Positions 49,682 to 61,400 of a DNA stretch of 64,000 nucleotides are shown piece after piece (the stretch's first letter is position 1; the number at the start of each line of letters is the position of its first letter). The position numbers were made by a program, and so were the translations under genes. The notes below the pieces were generated by a model. That model saw nothing but the letters and a program-made list of their open reading frames with translations, made no database searches and was not told the DNA's origin. The stretch comes from Picochlorum sp. SENEW3 (lineage: Eukaryota): assembly GCA_034226945.1 (NCBI GenBank), contig CP120464.1, forward strand, positions 62,001 through 126,000, given 5' to 3'.

Positions 49682-50953
49682 ATGCGCGGAGACGGAGATA
49701 CGGCGTCGCGCATTGTTACAGGGCCTGACCCAGATAGAGTACGTGAACTTGTGCGCTTCTGCATTGAAGCACTGGCTGATGGTATTCTTTATATGCAGTT
49801 TTATTGTCCTTTTCCGGGATGCAATCGTAGTTTTGCCGAATTATGGCGGTTGAAAGTGCACTTTCGAGCTCCACCGGATGTGAGGGGCTCTGGAAAAGAG
49901 CGAGGACATGGCACGGAGCTCAAGTATTGTCCGAAATGTGGGAAGGAATTAAAACCAGGAAAGCATCATGTAGGCTGTACTGCGGGAAAGAGTGCTCCTC
50001 GGCAGGCAGCGAAGCGACAGAAACAGGTTTCTACGACCACAGAGACGGGTGACTGGGTGACACAGTCATCCCCCTCAGATTCTCTGGATTATGACGATGA
50101 AGTTAGACTAGCGAAACAAAATATGATGGAAAATGCTATTAGAAGACGTGCTTCGCGTGTTAGACGACAGGGATCGAGTGCTGTCTCCCTCTCCAAAGAT
50201 TGTAGGGTGGAGAGAGAGTTGGATGGGTCACATGACAAGGAGATGGGGGGCAAACATGATGGCGACGTGTTGTCCGATAACGCCGACCTCGTGTTCACGG
50301 ATCAGCACAAAGAGCGCGCCCTTGGACACATGGATCATGCTCCTACATTGAGTAGTTTAGATGTGGGAGATGTGCCACTAGGATATGATGAGCATTTGTT
50401 GCCTGATTTGAACATGGGTGGAAACGGAAAGAGGGCACCGTCACCCCCTCCTCTTCCTTCAGAATGGGACTTAGAACCCCTGGGTCACAGTGGAGGAGGT
50501 CTTTTGTTTGATTTCGACCAATTCGATGAAGCCAAGAGACCAAGGATTGGGGGTGGAGAGGGAGAACCCTTGATGACAGTCACGTCAGCGATGAATCCAT
50601 CTGAAGTGTCGAATCCTAGCGACGACTATATTTGGCAGATTATGTTTGCAGGAGAGAATGATCCAGTCCCGAAAAGGGTCACGGCACATCTTCATAATCC
50701 CTTTGAAAGAAGGGCAGACTCGCCAGACTTGGGCTCAATCTTTGATGATGATATTCTGGGGAACAACATGCTGCATCCTACCCCAGGGAATGGGGCACCA
50801 CCTCAGAAAACAGAGCATTATCTACCCCCTCCTCCTCCGCCTCCAGGAATTTTGCAGACGGGGGCGGGAGAAGAAGAGTCAAAAACAGTGACTGTCACGT
50901 ATGTCGTCAAGGATGGCCAGTACTCTGTCAAGCATGTCAAAGATCATCCCTAG
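49682..50953 (+). CDS. CIA5: CIA5/CCM1 zinc-finger regulator of the CO2-concentrating mechanism
   Basis: After removing intron 49739-49798: DPDRFYCPFPGCNRSFAELWRLKVHFRAPPDVRGSGKERGHGTELKYCPKCGKELKPGKHHVGC, essentially the Chlamydomonas CIA5 N-terminal zinc-binding region as recalled. Confidence 0.9.
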   Translation: MRGDGDTASRIVTGPDPDRVRELVRFCIEALADGILYMQFYCPFPGCNRSFAELWRLKVHFRAPPDVRGSGKERGHGTELKYCPKCGKELKPGKHHVGCTAGKSAPRQAAKRQKQVSTTTETGDWVTQSSPSDSLDYDDEVRLAKQNMMENAIRRRASRVRRQGSSAVSLSKDCRVERELDGSHDKEMGGKHDGDVLSDNADLVFTDQHKERALGHMDHAPTLSSLDVGDVPLGYDEHLLPDLNMGGNGKRAPSPPPLPSEWDLEPLGHSGGGLLFDFDQFDEAKRPRIGGGEGEPLMTVTSAMNPSEVSNPSDDYIWQIMFAGENDPVPKRVTAHLHNPFERRADSPDLGSIFDDDILGNNMLHPTPGNGAPPQKTEHYLPPPPPPPGILQTGAGEEESKTVTVTYVVKDGQYSVKHVKDHP

Positions 50954-51167
50954 TGTACCAATACTATTCAGTAAGGAACCAGAGATTTTGTCGCTCGTGT
51001 TGATGTTTTTTTCTTCGTATTGAAATTAACAGTGTAAAGTTTGAGAGAGAAAAGAAAAAGAAAAGAGAGAGCCACACATTTATCAAGGCTGCCATCTGGC
51101 AACTTTCAATGCAGTCCATTCGCTGCACAACGATCCTCCATAACCCAATACATATAAAGTAGAAATC

Positions 51168-52220
51168 ATGAAGACTATTGGAAGAACAACGAGGATGCCA
51201 TGTGTTGCTCAAGCGTCACAGCAAGGGCGCTCTACTGCGCCCATGGTTGGGCGTCGAACTCTCGGCAAATCCGGTTTAGAAGTGTCTGAAGTTGGTATTG
51301 GAGCTTGGAGTTGGGGCGATAGATCGAATTATTGGGTCGGATGGACCAAAGAGGGATCGAAGGAAGCCTACGAGAAGGCCATGAATCTTGGTTTGGACTT
51401 TCTGGATACAGCCGAGGTGTACGGGTTTGGCCAGTCTGAAGAGTACATTGGAGAGTTTATGAAAACGTGTCCAACTGAGAGAAACCCAGCGCTGGCGACC
51501 AAGTTTGCGCCGTTGCCATGGAGGCAAACGAGTGGCTCTGTGGTAGGTGCACTGGAGAAAAGTTTGGCAAGGTTGGGAGTAGACAAAGTGGGCTTGTACA
51601 TGCAGCATTGGCCTGGTTTCTTCCTCAATGCCTTCTCAAATGAAGCAACATTGGAAGGGTTACTTCAATGCTATGAAAAAGAGCTTTGCAGCGCGGTTGG
51701 AGTTTCTAATTTCAATGCTGAGAGGGTGAGAAATGCTGGCCGCTTTTTTGAGAGGAATGGAACGTGTTTGGCGAGTAACCAAGTGCAGTACTCTTTACTC
51801 TATCGAGAGCCAGAGAATAATGGAGTTTTGGAAGCGTGCAATGAGTATGGCGTGCAACTCGTTGCATATTCGCCCATTGCACAAGGGTTGCTCAGTGGCA
51901 AGTATTCAGCTGCAAATCCCCCATCAGGCCCTCGTCGTGCATATTTCACTGATTCTAGGTTCTCTCAAGTGGCAGTGCTGATTGATTTGTTGAAAAAGAT
52001 TGCAGAGGAGAGGAATGGCGAGGTAACTCCATCACAGATAGCAATCAATTGGACCATGTGCAAAGGTGCCTTGCCCATTCCAGGAGCAAAGAATGCCGCG
52101 CAGGTCGAAGATCTTGTAGGATCTTGCGGTTGGCGTCTATCAGATGCAGAGGTTGCTGAATTGGATGCAGTCTCAGGAAAAGTCCCACAGAGCACGGGTG
52201 CACCTTTTGAAAAGTGGTGA
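51168..52220 (+). CDS. Aldo/keto reductase (pyridoxal reductase-like, probably plastid)
   Basis: GIGAWSWGD, DTAEVYG, ATKF, YMQHWP, VGVSNF, NQVQYSLL, AYSPIAQG, PIPGAK. Confidence 0.9.
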   Translation: MKTIGRTTRMPCVAQASQQGRSTAPMVGRRTLGKSGLEVSEVGIGAWSWGDRSNYWVGWTKEGSKEAYEKAMNLGLDFLDTAEVYGFGQSEEYIGEFMKTCPTERNPALATKFAPLPWRQTSGSVVGALEKSLARLGVDKVGLYMQHWPGFFLNAFSNEATLEGLLQCYEKELCSAVGVSNFNAERVRNAGRFFERNGTCLASNQVQYSLLYREPENNGVLEACNEYGVQLVAYSPIAQGLLSGKYSAANPPSGPRRAYFTDSRFSQVAVLIDLLKKIAEERNGEVTPSQIAINWTMCKGALPIPGAKNAAQVEDLVGSCGWRLSDAEVAELDAVSGKVPQSTGAPFEKW

Positions 52221-52263
52221 ACCACACATTGAATGTACTCATTGAATGAACAATTGAACAATT

Positions 52264-55200
52264 TTAAATAATAATATTGCTGCATATTGTTGCAACACGT
52301 GAAGGGTTTTCTAAATGCATGGCATGTCCAACGTCTTCCAGGATGGATACACTCAGGGACACTGACCCTGCTGTGATGGCATCTTGTTCCAACTCTTGCA
52401 CCATTGCTGTATACTTTGTGTCATCGGAACCTGCAACCATGAAAATCTTTCGCCCAGGATGTTTGGTAGCATCCAGAAGGTCGTCCTTCATGTAGCTAGT
52501 TCGCCCAGGCGAGCATTCTCTGAGCATGTCTGAAAGAACATTTTCTGGATCAGGTGTGGATGATGCCTTCTCTTTGATATACTCATCAAACCAGCACTGG
52601 TCCCTAAGTGAATCCCATAGGGAAACATCATACCACATTCTGAAAAATGTTGATCTATCCAGCGAATCAAATGCAGCAGCAATTTCACAGTCTCTTTTGA
52701 ATCTGTCAGCTCGTTGTCCCACATCCTGAATTCCCAGACCTCCTGAAATGGAGATGACACTTGTCAAATTGGCTGAAGGGTGTCTTAGGCTTGATAATAA
52801 GGCAATTCGAGCACCTAAAGAGTATCCTATTATAGAACATGACCGAAAATTGCCAGCGAGTTCGACCAACGAATCTGCCAAGATGTCCATCATCTGGAAA
52901 CCATGTTGTCCCATGTCGTCAACAGTGTTTTTCCACCGAGATCCCCCGTGGCCAGGCAAATCAAGGCAGAGAATTGGCAGCTTCAAGCACTTGGATAATT
53001 CAAGAGCTAAAGATGCCATCTCGTTTCCCGAACCGAACATTCCGTGGAGGAGCAACACGACGTCCATATCAGAAGACCCATCCTTTGCAAAGGCTTGGCT
53101 GTGGATATGTGGGTACACTTGCATGATATTCCATTCTATATTGGAGGTCGACACGACGGAAGAGCATGTGGGTATGATAACTCCGTCAGATTTGCTTCCA
53201 GACATGAGTTTCTTGGAAAAGCTAAGTGCTACAGAACTCATGATTGCCCTTCCCTGTCCAAGCCTTGTGATGGCCAACTGAGAAAAATCTTCTGCAAACC
53301 ATGACTCTGTCGCGATCCCATGATGAAGTTTCCTATTCGTATCTACTATTGATGAAATTTTTGACAGATGCAATAAGCCAATAGGGCTTTCGAACGACGA
53401 ACTTATCACTGGGTGTCGGCCACATGAGCGTATGGCATCACACAATTCTACAGTTTTTGTCATTCCTCCCAACAACGACGGCTTCAACACAACAAATTTC
53501 ACAGAGGATGGAATATCACAGCTTGGATCCAGAGGATTAAACAGTCCTTGGTCGACAGATTCATCAATGGCGAGAGGTATTGTTGAGAACGTGGACCACG
53601 AATGCATCTGCCATGGGTCCTTCAGGGGTTCCTCGATGTACTGGATGCCCACATCTTTTGCAGTCTCAGCAAATATCAGCGCTTGCTCCATAGTCCAACT
53701 CTGATTGGCATCCACGCGTAAAATGATGTTATTTCCAACAGTCTCTCGAATTAGCATGACATTTTTGGCATCCTCTCGTGGGTCCTCAACTCTGCCTGCC
53801 TTGACCTTGATACACTGATATCCATCATTCACAAGGGATGCTGCCATGTCTCGAATTTCGACCTCCGATTTTTCAGAAGGATCTAACAGCCCCGAGACTT
53901 TCGTGGGTGGTCTGGTGGAGGCCTCCATCTCGTTGCTACTCAATGCCTCCCATATTGCCGCTTCCATTCCACATGTGACACTGGGATAAAGGGCCTCGAC
54001 ACCCAGATCCTGTAAGAAGTCGTTCAACGCAGGTATTCTTTTCTCTAGTGCCATCATTGTAGGACTTTCGCTGAAATGACTACCTTCAACGAGCCTTGCT
54101 AGGGAAGAGGACTGCTCCATGGCAGACTCTAGAGTTTCCTTGTGTAACCCAGGCAAGGGGGCAATCTCTCCAATTACTTTTCTGCTTGTGCCATCTGAAA
54201 ACACCAAATCCATTGTTATGTGAATCACCTCTCGATATGTCATTCTAGATCCTAGCGCAGTTGTCAGGGCCTTTTTCAGAGGAAGTGACACCCTGTTGAG
54301 TCGTACCCGTTTGATCGTCCCATCCATCACATCATCCGACAAGTATCGAGCCAGTGCTTCTTTGACTTCACTCTTAATGTATTCGTGATGCTGAACATTT
54401 GTTTCTATATTTGTTATCACCTCTACAACACAATGCCTGTTCAACTCCCAGGATGATTCCAGAGATCTCCTTAATTCTGCCAAGGAAGAAACTTTCATAT
54501 GGGGAATGCCTTGGGCTCTGCATAGACCTGAAATATCCACATACTGTGGAGTGGTCCATAATGGCCGGAATTGATCTTCTGGGACGTCATTAGATATGGG
54601 AAGGAAATCAAAGATACCACCACCAGAGTTATTGATCAGCACAACAGTGAGTGCAGGGCTCATGCTTCCAGTTCGCAACAAGTTCAATCCATTTGCATCA
54701 TGAAGAAACGAAACATCCCCGACAACCAGGGTACATTTCCTCAGTAAACCACTCGCGAACCCAGCAGCACTGGATAAAACACCATCAATCCCACTGGCTC
54801 CACGGTTTGCAGCTACAGGAGATCCAAGCAAATCCTTCCTCTGAGGTGCACCAAACATGTCAAGATCTCTGATAGGCATGCTATTTCCAATAAATAGGCC
54901 GTGACTGCTGGGCAAATACTCGCTGATGGCCCTTGCAACATGAGCCTCTGACATGGAATCAGACTCCTCGATTACCCTGTCAATTGCCTCTTCTACAGTG
55001 TCATTTATTCTTCTCAGGAGACTTCCATAATCAGACTGAATGCTTGTGTCTTGTCGGTGGCCCTGTTGAATGGCATCCAGCAGGTCGGAGAGGTCACATT
55101 CTAATCTCATTTGGAGTAGATGGGATGGGTCATATCTGGGTGTCTTTCTATCTACTAATATCCATTTTGGCCCCGGATCCCCTCGCTCATTTGCATTCAA

Positions 55201-58104
55201 TGTGACATGTTCAATGAATGCTGCTACACGCTTGGATGTCAACCTGCTCCCAAGATGAAGAATCATCTCAGGCTCTATTTTCTCCCAAATCTCCTGGTCG
55301 ACCAGTATATGATCTATGTAGTTGATCAGATTCATATCTTCGCCCTCTCTATCCCCTATACGCAGTCCTGATAACACATCGCAGACAACTGGCCAGCCTA
55401 GTACTTTGGCAATATGTTTTGCTGCTGCCACATCCTCTGGCTGAGCAAGTTCACCAACTACCAGTAGCCCACGGCGGCAATTTGAGATGGCATCAATCAC
55501 AGTATGATCAACTTGGCGAACTATTGAAATCCTAGAATATGAGGCGGAGATGCTGGTGAAGGGTCTAGTGCTTCCGAGCCATGCATGCAATCCCTCTAAG
55601 GCAAGATCATCCCAAGGATCTTGGACTGGATGGAGAGGCTCCCTGTACTGGCAATTTAGGTGTACCGGTCCACTGCTAGAAGGACTATATGCCAAACGAA
55701 TGGCATTTGATACAGCTGTGAGCGTCTTCCTCACTGGTACAGTATCTGAGGGAGGCAAAATGTCTGCTTCCCACCTCACATACTTGCCAAAAATACCTAC
55801 TTGATTGATCGTTTGATTTGCTCCACTATCTCTCAGTTCAGACGGGCGATCCGCAGTCAGCAATATCATGGGTACATTGGATTGTGAAGCTTCGACAACT
55901 GAAGGTAAAAGGTTTGCTACTGCAGTACCTGATGATGTAATGACGACGCAGGGATGTCCAGTTGCCTTGCCATATCCTACAGCCCAAAAACCGAGAGATC
56001 TCTCATCAATTCCTGGCACCAACTTTGCTCTTGGGTGCCTTGCTACGGCAAGAGTCAGTGGCGATGATCGAGAGCCAGGAGCTACACAGAATGTGTTGCA
56101 ACCATTCCGGCAAAGCTCTTCAACCATGACCTGGGCTGACAACAATGACATATTTGGAGACTTGAGGATACGATCCTCCGTCGAACTATCAAATATCTTG
56201 GTGAACTGACCAATTTTCAGGTCTAATTCATTCCACTCACTCATCGTCACAGAGCCCGGTACAATGCCAACTCCTGCATACAATGACACCAGTGTTTGAT
56301 CGGATCCTGGGCTGATCAAGCTGGATCGAATGGCCACTGCTACATCAGCCGCATTGTTGGTAAACCAGCCGAATGGTCCAGCATAAAAACCACGATCAAA
56401 AGATTCAAACTGTCTCAAGAAACACAGCGCATCCTTGTCTGGTTGACCACACACAGCAGGGGTTGGATGAAGATCTTTCAAAAGGTCAAGATCATCAACA
56501 CCTGATTCCAACGTCCCTGCGATTCGTCCATACAAATGCTGCACGGAACCTTGCTTCAAAACTGACTTTTCCACCTCAACTGTGACACGACTACACAAAC
56601 TGTTGAAAATATCCACAATAGATTCTCGAACCAACTGAAACTCCAAACCATCCTTTTGAGACTGTAAAAGGTCGAAAGCCAACCAGAAATCCTTCTCAAT
56701 ATCTCCTCCAGCGCCTCGTCCTCGGGTGCCGGCAACAGCTTCACTCACAACCTCCTGATCACTCCTGGCATACAATCGCTCTGGAGTGCATCCTAAAAAG
56801 CACTGTCCATTCGGCATCTGTAGCAAAAACTGATATGCTTTTGGATCTCGCTCCTGCAATGATCCCAAGACATCACAGCAGTCTATCTCCTCATCTATCA
56901 CCATTGCGGTCCTGCGTGCAAGTACCAACTTGGCAAGATCCTGAGCTCTCTTCCCAGTAGTATCACTCTGGCCCACACCCACATTTGGACTTGACGCGGC
57001 TAGTAAATCATCCAATCCTTTCTGCCCATTTCGAAGATACTCATCCAACGCTGTTGACGGAGATATGGAAAATGTGCCATTCTCCCCTTGTGCAACATCT
57101 CCAACAGCACAAAGCCTATCCTGTACCTCCTCCAACAGCCTATTCCACCCTTCAATAGTCGGATTATGTTCAGAAGAGACACACGTGCCCCTGGAACACA
57201 CGCCCGACGCTTGCCGAGGCAACGGGCCCGCCAATTTTGACACACACAGCAACGCATCCTCAATCGCAGCTTCCTTTGTTCTAAATCCCGTCGTCTTGGC
57301 AGACGACAACATCGCCGCATCACACTGTGAATCCCAGGCTATTGTACACGCCAGCACACACACATTCCCGCGTTCGACAAATTCTACCCTGGGTATCAAG
57401 AAACAAAAACTCCCAAACACCTCCCATTCAGCAGCAACATTACCCCCCGGATCAAACCTCCCGCCACCAAATGCCCTCACTCGATTATCATCATCATCAG
57501 TCATTCGTTTAATGCTCTCCATGACCTCCTCATCCAATGAGCACCCGTGCAACCCCGTCCACATCCACGCTGCTCCAACTCCAGCCACAGCAGAAACATG
57601 GGCAAACGCGCTCTCAGCAGCAATCGATCCCGCAGTATCAGGCGACGAAGACATTTTTGAGGAAAAATAAAGCTTCATGTCTCGAATATTCTGAGATTTC
57701 AGCCACTGCAACGACGATATCCCCCGACACAAAGGCACCTCTATCCGCACCCTGCCCCGTTCCGCATCAGGCTCACAATACACCCGCTGTATTTCTCTCA
57801 CCAATGAATCACACGCTTTTGAATAATGAGATTCTACAAACGGAACGACACGAACATCAGTACGAGACGCTGAGAAAGCTGCCCTGTCACCTCCAACACA
57901 GTCCTCAACCTGCCCCTCTATCTCTCCGCGATGGCTATACAAGGCATCCAATCTGCTTTTATATACACAATGTCTCTTTTTGATACCACCCACACCGCCC
58001 TTTTCGAGCAGAGGAGGACAGACAGCGCTCGAACGATTGCATTGTGGGCACGTGAAACGACGGCTTGAAGCCTCATGCACGACACGTTGCCCACAAAGAT
58101 TCAT
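52264..58104 (-). CDS. PHYLLO: PHYLLO phylloquinone-biosynthesis fusion (MenF-MenD-MenC-MenH)
   Basis: MenF (KLVLAR, TPERL, EAVAGT, LHPTPAVCG, YAGVGIV), MenD (APGSRSSPL, DERS, GNSMPIRD, NRGASGIDG, GDVSFLHD), MenC (KVKAG, RVDAN, EEP, DES, KPS), MenH (LHG, GYSLG, GHAMHLENP). Confidence 0.96.
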   Translation of the reverse strand: MNLCGQRVVHEASSRRFTCPQCNRSSAVCPPLLEKGGVGGIKKRHCVYKSRLDALYSHRGEIEGQVEDCVGGDRAAFSASRTDVRVVPFVESHYSKACDSLVREIQRVYCEPDAERGRVRIEVPLCRGISSLQWLKSQNIRDMKLYFSSKMSSSPDTAGSIAAESAFAHVSAVAGVGAAWMWTGLHGCSLDEEVMESIKRMTDDDDNRVRAFGGGRFDPGGNVAAEWEVFGSFCFLIPRVEFVERGNVCVLACTIAWDSQCDAAMLSSAKTTGFRTKEAAIEDALLCVSKLAGPLPRQASGVCSRGTCVSSEHNPTIEGWNRLLEEVQDRLCAVGDVAQGENGTFSISPSTALDEYLRNGQKGLDDLLAASSPNVGVGQSDTTGKRAQDLAKLVLARRTAMVIDEEIDCCDVLGSLQERDPKAYQFLLQMPNGQCFLGCTPERLYARSDQEVVSEAVAGTRGRGAGGDIEKDFWLAFDLLQSQKDGLEFQLVRESIVDIFNSLCSRVTVEVEKSVLKQGSVQHLYGRIAGTLESGVDDLDLLKDLHPTPAVCGQPDKDALCFLRQFESFDRGFYAGPFGWFTNNAADVAVAIRSSLISPGSDQTLVSLYAGVGIVPGSVTMSEWNELDLKIGQFTKIFDSSTEDRILKSPNMSLLSAQVMVEELCRNGCNTFCVAPGSRSSPLTLAVARHPRAKLVPGIDERSLGFWAVGYGKATGHPCVVITSSGTAVANLLPSVVEASQSNVPMILLTADRPSELRDSGANQTINQVGIFGKYVRWEADILPPSDTVPVRKTLTAVSNAIRLAYSPSSSGPVHLNCQYREPLHPVQDPWDDLALEGLHAWLGSTRPFTSISASYSRISIVRQVDHTVIDAISNCRRGLLVVGELAQPEDVAAAKHIAKVLGWPVVCDVLSGLRIGDREGEDMNLINYIDHILVDQEIWEKIEPEMILHLGSRLTSKRVAAFIEHVTLNANERGDPGPKWILVDRKTPRYDPSHLLQMRLECDLSDLLDAIQQGHRQDTSIQSDYGSLLRRINDTVEEAIDRVIEESDSMSEAHVARAISEYLPSSHGLFIGNSMPIRDLDMFGAPQRKDLLGSPVAANRGASGIDGVLSSAAGFASGLLRKCTLVVGDVSFLHDANGLNLLRTGSMSPALTVVLINNSGGGIFDFLPISNDVPEDQFRPLWTTPQYVDISGLCRAQGIPHMKVSSLAELRRSLESSWELNRHCVVEVITNIETNVQHHEYIKSEVKEALARYLSDDVMDGTIKRVRLNRVSLPLKKALTTALGSRMTYREVIHITMDLVFSDGTSRKVIGEIAPLPGLHKETLESAMEQSSSLARLVEGSHFSESPTMMALEKRIPALNDFLQDLGVEALYPSVTCGMEAAIWEALSSNEMEASTRPPTKVSGLLDPSEKSEVEIRDMAASLVNDGYQCIKVKAGRVEDPREDAKNVMLIRETVGNNIILRVDANQSWTMEQALIFAETAKDVGIQYIEEPLKDPWQMHSWSTFSTIPLAIDESVDQGLFNPLDPSCDIPSSVKFVVLKPSLLGGMTKTVELCDAIRSCGRHPVISSSFESPIGLLHLSKISSIVDTNRKLHHGIATESWFAEDFSQLAITRLGQGRAIMSSVALSFSKKLMSGSKSDGVIIPTCSSVVSTSNIEWNIMQVYPHIHSQAFAKDGSSDMDVVLLLHGMFGSGNEMASLALELSKCLKLPILCLDLPGHGGSRWKNTVDDMGQHGFQMMDILADSLVELAGNFRSCSIIGYSLGARIALLSSLRHPSANLTSVISISGGLGIQDVGQRADRFKRDCEIAAAFDSLDRSTFFRMWYDVSLWDSLRDQCWFDEYIKEKASSTPDPENVLSDMLRECSPGRTSYMKDDLLDATKHPGRKIFMVAGSDDTKYTAMVQELEQDAITAGSVSLSVSILEDVGHAMHLENPSRVATICSNIII

Positions 58105-58416
58105 TTTAAACTATTGCATCATCTGGCCTTATTCGTGATACAAAATTCACAGCTCTATCAGGATTGGGTCTTGTTTGGGCGCCACCTTCCGAGGGGCGCC
58201 CTCATCCCGACCGCCTGTAACCGTTTCTTTCAACTGTCCATGAAACGCCACCGAAAGATCACTAGGATTTTAAAAATATTCATATTTTGTTGGAAAATAT
58301 CCATTTTAATACTGATATCTGCCCAGAGAATCTAATTCTATATCAGAAGGAAAGAATTGTTGGTTACCGTTGATACATCGTAGGCTCGTGTATTCAGCGA
58401 CCAACGTGATACCAAT

Positions 58417-61400
58417 ATGGCTGAAAATATGTCTGTGGATATTGAAGAGTCCATGGTATGTGGATATCTGTTCTGTTTGGTGGTTTGGGATTCTTGGTGC
58501 CTGAGGTGGGTGCGTTGTTCCGTTGCAGGTGGGAAACGATGTGGAGACCATGTCTGCTCTGTCTCCCCATAATTCCAATGTGGCAGCAAAAGGCAAAAAA
58601 AAGTCTGGCAAGTCGATAGAGGAGACGTATAAGAAGCTGTCACAGCTGGACCACGTGTTGCTTCGGCCTGATACATATATTGGGAGTACAGAGAAGCAGC
58701 AGCAACAGCTGTGGGTGCATGATGGGGAGCGCATGGTGCTGAAAAACGTCACTGTAGCTCCTGGGTTGTACAAGATTTTTGATGAGATTTTGGTGAATGC
58801 TGCTGATAACAAAGTGAGGGATCCCACCATGAATACGCTGAAAGTTGAGGTTGATGAGGTGTGTATTCATCTTTATGTTGGGGCTGTTTCTTTTCATTCT
58901 GTTGTTTGACGTGTTAGTCAGTAATATATACATGTGTATGCAGGAGTCGATGGAGATTAAAGTGCTGAACAATGGAGCTGGGGTGCCTGTTGAAGTGCAC
59001 AAGACTGAGGGCATTTATGTTCCTGAGTTGATCTTTGGTAATCTGCTTACATCTTCCAATTACAATGATAAAGAGAAAAAGGTTACTGGTGGAAGGAATG
59101 GGTATGGAGCAAAGCTTGCAAACATCTTTTCTACCAAGTTTGTGGTTGAGACATGTGATGGGAAGAGAAAGAAGAGGTACAAGCAAGTCTTTGAGAAGAA
59201 TATGACGGTGAAAAATCCGCCTCAGATCAAAGAGTGTAAAGCGTCGGATAATTGGACCTGCATCACATTCCGCCCGGATTTGGAGCGTTTTGGGATGGAG
59301 GAGCTGGAGCAAGATATTGTGTCCCTCATGAGGAAGAGAGTCTATGATATGGCTGGAATTCTTGGCAAGGGGGTGAAGGTATCTTTCAATGGAGAGAGAC
59401 TCCCAGTGAAGGATTTCCAGTCATATGTGGACATGTATCTCGGACCGAGGAAGGGAGAAGGCGCTGTATCTCGTGTGTATGAAAGATTTGGAGACAGGTG
59501 GGAGGTTTGCATTGCTGCTTCTGATGGACAGTTTAGTCAGGTATCGTTTGCCAATGCAATATGTACGTCTAAAGGAGGGACGCATGTGAATTACATCGCC
59601 GATCAGGCCGTCAAGTATCTCTGCGAGACGCTCTCCAAGAAGCACAAGCAAGCCGGTGTCAAGCCCTTCATGGTGAAGAATTACCTGTGGGTATTTGTCA
59701 ACTGTTTGGTTGAGAATCCAGCCTTTGATTCTCAGACCAAGGATACACTGACATTGAGAGCTTCTGCATTCGGATCAAAATGTCAGTTGACGGATGCTTT
59801 TTTGAAAAAGTTGAATGGATGTGGCATTACAGATGCTATTCTTTCCTTTGCGAATTTCAAGGCGAACAAGGAACTGAAAAAAGGCGACGGGGCCAAGCGT
59901 CAGCGTCTCTTGGGTATCCCAAAATTGGATGATGCAAATGATGCGGGAGGAAGAAATTCGAAAGAGTGCACACTCATCCTGACAGAGGGAGATTCTGCAA
60001 AGTCATTGGCCATCAGTGGTTTGTCAGTTGTTGGAAGAGATCGATACGGAGTCTTCCCACTTCGAGGAAAATTGCTGAATGTTCGAGATGCCAGTGCTAG
60101 TCAAATCACTGGCAACGCAGAAATCAACAATATCAAGCAGATTTTGGGGCTCCAGCATGGAAAGGTCTATGAGGATGTCAAGTCCCTGCGATATGGGCAC
60201 TTGATGATCATGACGGATCAGGATCACGATGGATCTCACATTAAGGGACTTATCATGAATTTCTTGCACCACTTCTATCCATCTCTGCTGAAAATTCCAG
60301 GCTTTCTTATCGAATTCATCACTCCAATCATCAAGGCTACAAAGGGCAAGGAGTCTATTTCTTTCTTCACCATGCCCGAGTATGAGAATTGGAGGGACTC
60401 GACAAACACAAAAGGATGGAAGATCAAGTACTATAAAGGTCTGGGTACATCCACTGCGGTAGAAGCCAAGGAATACTTTGCTTCGATCAGCACTCACAAG
60501 AAGGTGTTTGACTGGAGTGGCGACAGCGATGGGGAGTCTCTGGAGATGGCCTTTTCGAAAAAGAAGGTGGAACAGAGAAAAGACTGGCTGAGAAACTTTG
60601 CTCCTGGAACGTATCTCGATCACAGTCAGGAGTCGATTTCATACAGCGACTTTGTTCACAAAGAGTTGATTCTCTTCTCACGAGCTGACCTGGAGCGCTC
60701 GATCCCAAACATCATGGACGGGCTGAAACCTGGACAGAGGAAGATCATGTATGCTTGTTTCAAAAGAAATCTCAAGTCGGATATCAAGGTGGCACAATTG
60801 GCTGGGTATGTCGCCGAGCATTCTGCATATCATCATGGCGAGAACTCCCTTTGCTCTACCATTGTCGGCCTGGCTCAGAACTTTGTTGGGTCAAACAACA
60901 TCAACACTCTTGTTCCACAAGGTCAGTTTGGTACTCGTCTTCAAGGAGGGAAAGATTCTGCAAGCCCTCGATATATTTTCACTCGCCTGGCACAGATCAC
61001 GAGGAGCATTTTCCATCAAGGAGATGATGCCTTGTTAACGTATCTCAATGAAGAGGGTCAGACGATTGAACCAGAGTTCTACGTGCCGATTCTACCCTTG
61101 GTATTGGTCAATGGAGCTGAAGGTATCGGAACAGGCTGGTCGACTTCGATTCCCAACTACAACCCACGAGACATTGCTATTAATCTCATGCGAATGTTGG
61201 ATGGAGAAGAATGTGGGCCTCTTGTGCCGTGGTACAGTGGGTTTTTGGGGAAAATTGACGAGTCTGTGTCATCAAAAGGCCTGAGATCATACACAGTCTC
61301 CGGAATCATCAACCAACTGGATGATACGACCCTTGAAATCACAGAGCTTCCTCTGAAAAAGTGGACCCAGGATTATAAGGAGTTTTTGGAAGAGTTGGCC

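Noticed and set aside
58215..58372. MSA-like AACGG cores in the TOP2 promoter
   Set aside because: Plausible for a G2/M gene, but two short cores are too weak to call without enrichment data.
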